The notes under the pieces are model-generated. The model was not told where the DNA came from and ran no database searches. It saw only the letters and a list, made by a program, of their open reading frames with translations. Shown in pieces: positions 37,028-39,899 of a stretch of DNA of 39,899 bases (the first letter of the stretch is position 1; each line of letters begins with the position of its first letter). This stretch comes from Escherichia phage vB_EcoP-101120B2. The translations under genes and the position numbers were made by a program. The stretch lies in the sequence record MZ234023.1; one strand, given 5' to 3'.

Positions 37028-39310
37028 ATGGCTAGTAATATTGAATCAGCTCTGGCTAATCGGACTATGGGTCGCGGCAGAGCGCCGGGTAAAACTATCG
37101 CCGTAAACTATCAAGCAGCCAACGTTCAGGCTCCGACTGGGGACTCCGGGCTGGCTCGTGCATTGACTAACTTCGTTGAGTCTGGGACAGGATTGTACAA
37201 GCAGTTCAAGGACGATGAGAAGACCAGAGCTGACGAGCGGTCTAACGAGATTATCCGTAAGTTGACACCTCAGCAGAGACGTGAGGCTATCCAGAACGGC
37301 ACATTGCTGTATCAGGATGACCCTTACGCTATGGAAGCACTTCGAGTCAAGACTGGTCGTAATGCTGCCTTTGCCGTAGACGACGAGATTAACGTTAAGA
37401 TTCAGAATGGTGAGTTCCGCACACGTCAGGAAATGGAAGAATATCGACACCAGCGACTTCAGGATGCCGCTAAGTCATATGCCGAAGAGGCGGGTATTAA
37501 CCCTACCGACGAGTTCTTCCAGCGTGGATTCAACGATAACATCACGGACCGAAACATCGCTATCTATGGGTCTTTCAATAAGTATTTCAGCAAGCAGTCT
37601 GAAGAGACAGCAATGTTGAACACTCGTATTGAGATGAACTCATTCCTGAACGATGGGGACCTGATGCGTTCGCCTGAGTCTGGAAAGACCTTCATGGCCT
37701 ACCTTCGGGATGGACTAACGACTGCAGCTATCCCTTCGGACCAGCGAGCACGAGAGGTCATTACCCAGACGGTACGTGACGCAATCCAGAAGTCTGGAGG
37801 CTCAAACTTCCTACAGCAAGTTCGAGGCGAGCGAATCACCCTTAACGGTGTGGATGCTACAGTCGAAGAGATTGTAGGACCTGATGTCTTCAACGCTGCT
37901 ATTGTTGAGGCACAGGGCACTGAGTACAAGCTGGTGGCTAAGTATCAGGAAGACTTGGCTTTAGGCGTTCAGTCTGCGATTCTTCAGGATGACCCGACCA
38001 TCGGTCTGGCCCAGATTCAGAAACTCAAGGAGCAGAACAACCTGCTTCAACCGGGTGAAGAACTCACGCCTCAGCGTCAGATGCTTATTAATGCCGAAGC
38101 CAGCTTGCTTGAAGCGGTCAAGCGTAAGTCTGCTGAACAGGCGAAGGAGAACACTAAGTTAATCCAGACCCAGAACAAGCAACTGGTCATTGACCAAGTG
38201 TATCAGCGACGTCTGGCTGGGGACAACGTGTCCACCAACTATGAGGACCTTCCTGTCTCTGACGCTACAGGTGAGTTCAAGCGTTCAGATATGAACAACT
38301 ACGCGTCTGCCAAGCTACAGCAGATTGACCAGATGGACATCCCTGAGGCTGCTAAGGACGCTCAGAAGGTGGCATTGTTAAGAGCTGACACTAACAACGG
38401 TCCATTCCGTAATGCCTTCCAGACGCTGACTCAGGACGCTGCTGGTGAGTGGCAAGCTGCGGTCATCCGTGGACAGTACGACCCAGACAAGATGAAACGC
38501 TTCGAGTCTCTTCGTCGTGCCTACACTCAGGACCCTTCAAGTTTCGCTGCTCTGTATCCTGACCAAGCTCAGTTGTTCTCTACGTTCGACCAGATGGACA
38601 AGATGGGTCTGGACCCTCAGACGATGATTGAAGCCGATAAGCAAGCTGCAAGTCAAAGCCGTGAGATGCGCATGGAGTCAGACAAGGCGTGGCAGGAGTT
38701 GAAGAACGACTCTCGGAATAAGGACCTTTCGCGTCTTCCTACGTCTCTGGACGCAAGTGCTCGTAAGGTCTGGGACTCATGGTACTACCGTACAGGTAAC
38801 GCTGATGCTGCAACTCAGCAGACTCAACGATGGCTGAATGAAAATACCGTAACGTTCCAGTCTGAAGGTTCTGACGGTAAGTCCATCGGCATGGTGTCAA
38901 AGCACCAGCTTATGGTCGGGGATAACCCAGAGTCGTGGCAGGTTGGTCGAGACATTATCGACACCGCTCGTAAGCAGCTCATTAAGGCCAACCCTTGGGT
39001 AGTGAACTCTCAGTTGTCCGTTGTTGAACAGAACGGCTCTATCTTCCTCCAAGACGCTACAGGGACTATTCGTATTCGCTACGATAAAGAACTTGTAGGT
39101 AAACTCTACCGCGAACAACAGCAGAAGGCACAAGATGCCGCATACGCTCAGGCAGAACGTGACGCTAACAAGCGCGCGCGTATCGTCGGGACTAAAGCTG
39201 CTGGTGACAAACGTCGAGCTGACCGAGAGGCCAACATCGAGAAGCGCGGAGGGATGTACAATGACGTCTCATTGGAGGGTATCGCAAACGTACTAATCGG
39301 TAAGGAGTAA
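37028..39310 (+). CDS. Internal virion protein C (gp15-like)
   Basis: 760-aa ORF with AGGAGG RBS, size and position matching T7 gp15. Confidence 0.85.
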   Translation: MASNIESALANRTMGRGRAPGKTIAVNYQAANVQAPTGDSGLARALTNFVESGTGLYKQFKDDEKTRADERSNEIIRKLTPQQRREAIQNGTLLYQDDPYAMEALRVKTGRNAAFAVDDEINVKIQNGEFRTRQEMEEYRHQRLQDAAKSYAEEAGINPTDEFFQRGFNDNITDRNIAIYGSFNKYFSKQSEETAMLNTRIEMNSFLNDGDLMRSPESGKTFMAYLRDGLTTAAIPSDQRAREVITQTVRDAIQKSGGSNFLQQVRGERITLNGVDATVEEIVGPDVFNAAIVEAQGTEYKLVAKYQEDLALGVQSAILQDDPTIGLAQIQKLKEQNNLLQPGEELTPQRQMLINAEASLLEAVKRKSAEQAKENTKLIQTQNKQLVIDQVYQRRLAGDNVSTNYEDLPVSDATGEFKRSDMNNYASAKLQQIDQMDIPEAAKDAQKVALLRADTNNGPFRNAFQTLTQDAAGEWQAAVIRGQYDPDKMKRFESLRRAYTQDPSSFAALYPDQAQLFSTFDQMDKMGLDPQTMIEADKQAASQSREMRMESDKAWQELKNDSRNKDLSRLPTSLDASARKVWDSWYYRTGNADAATQQTQRWLNENTVTFQSEGSDGKSIGMVSKHQLMVGDNPESWQVGRDIIDTARKQLIKANPWVVNSQLSVVEQNGSIFLQDATGTIRIRYDKELVGKLYREQQQKAQDAAYAQAERDANKRARIVGTKAAGDKRRADREANIEKRGGMYNDVSLEGIANVLIGKE

Positions 39311-39314
39311 CATA

Positions 39315-39899
39315 ATGGCGACTCGTGGTATTCGCAATAACAATCCGGGTAACATCCGGGTAAGTAAGGACCAATGGGAAGGAATGACTGGAGATGATGG
39401 CGCATTCGTCACCTTCGATAGTCCAGAGTCTGGCGTCCGAGCTTTAGGTAAAAACCTGCTGTCCTACGGTCGCCAAGGTTATGATTCCATCGAGAAGATT
39501 ATCAACAGATGGGCACCTCCTAACGAGAACGACACTAAGGCTTATATTGACTCAGTGGTGGCTGCAACTGGTATTCCAGCTACACAGAGTCTCGACCTAT
39601 CGGACCCTGACACCCTGTCTTCTCTGGCACAAGCTATCAGCTTCCATGAGACAGGCTCACGGTACGACCCTGAAGTCTATCAGAAGGGAGTCGCACGGGC
39701 ACTCAACGGCATTAGCCCAAAGACTCCACCAGTAAGCGCTAACGTATTTGACGCACTCACGGAAGGACTCAAGGCTAAACCTAAAGTAGCTCTGGGTGAG
39801 AACCTTCCGACCGCTGCTGGTCTGAACATTGAGGGTCAAGCACCTGAATCTCCCAACGAATCGTTCGGTGAGATGTTCTATAAGGCTACTGGAGAGACC
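39315..39899 (+). CDS. Internal virion protein D (gp16-like), N-terminal 195 aa; 3' partial at window edge
   Basis: ATG 39315 with TAAGGAG RBS; open to the window end. Product MATRGIRNNNPGNIRVSKDQWEGMTG... does not resemble the recalled T7 gp16 N-terminal transglycosylase domain. Confidence 0.75.
   Translation, partial: MATRGIRNNNPGNIRVSKDQWEGMTGDDGAFVTFDSPESGVRALGKNLLSYGRQGYDSIEKIINRWAPPNENDTKAYIDSVVAATGIPATQSLDLSDPDTLSSLAQAISFHETGSRYDPEVYQKGVARALNGISPKTPPVSANVFDALTEGLKAKPKVALGENLPTAAGLNIEGQAPESPNESFGEMFYKATGET

Noticed and set aside
36724-37035. 103-aa + strand ORF overlapping the end of gene 14
   Set aside because: Alternative frame of gene 14, no RBS, Arg/Leu-rich composition; no evidence for a real overlapping gene.

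Overview
The window is a near-complete, circularly permuted genome of a T7-like podophage (Autographiviridae, T7 supergroup), with every gene on the + strand. Both window ends fall inside gene 16, the internal virion protein D gene. Gene order is colinear with T7: the gene 16 C-terminal part, tail fibre, holin, small terminase, Rz/Rz1 spanins, large terminase, genome-end junction with a probable terminal repeat, early region (Ocr-like gene 0.3, single-subunit RNA polymerase), DNA metabolism genes (ligase, SSB, endonuclease I, lysozyme, primase-helicase, DNA polymerase, exonuclease), structural genes (portal, scaffold, capsid, tail tubular A/B, internal virion proteins), and the gene 16 N-terminus. 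Homology calls rest on recalled T7 protein sequences, not on a search. At least 11 copies of a phage-specific promoter (consensus close to TAAACTATCACTATAGGGA) and two strong intrinsic terminators are visible. Departures from the T7 plan are where the interest lies: a tail fibre rebuilt as a depolymerase-type tailspike with a self-cleaving C-terminal chaperone; an HNH-AP2 endonuclease between spanin and terminase; a tRNA-like element before the primase-helicase gene; a phage promoter directly upstream of the RNA polymerase gene; an Ocr-like protein with a C-terminal extension; no gene 0.7 kinase, with a cluster of small ORFs in its place; and unrecognised ORFs after gene 1, between genes 3 and 3.5, and between genes 11 and 12. 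No integrase, CRISPR array or defence system was recognised.
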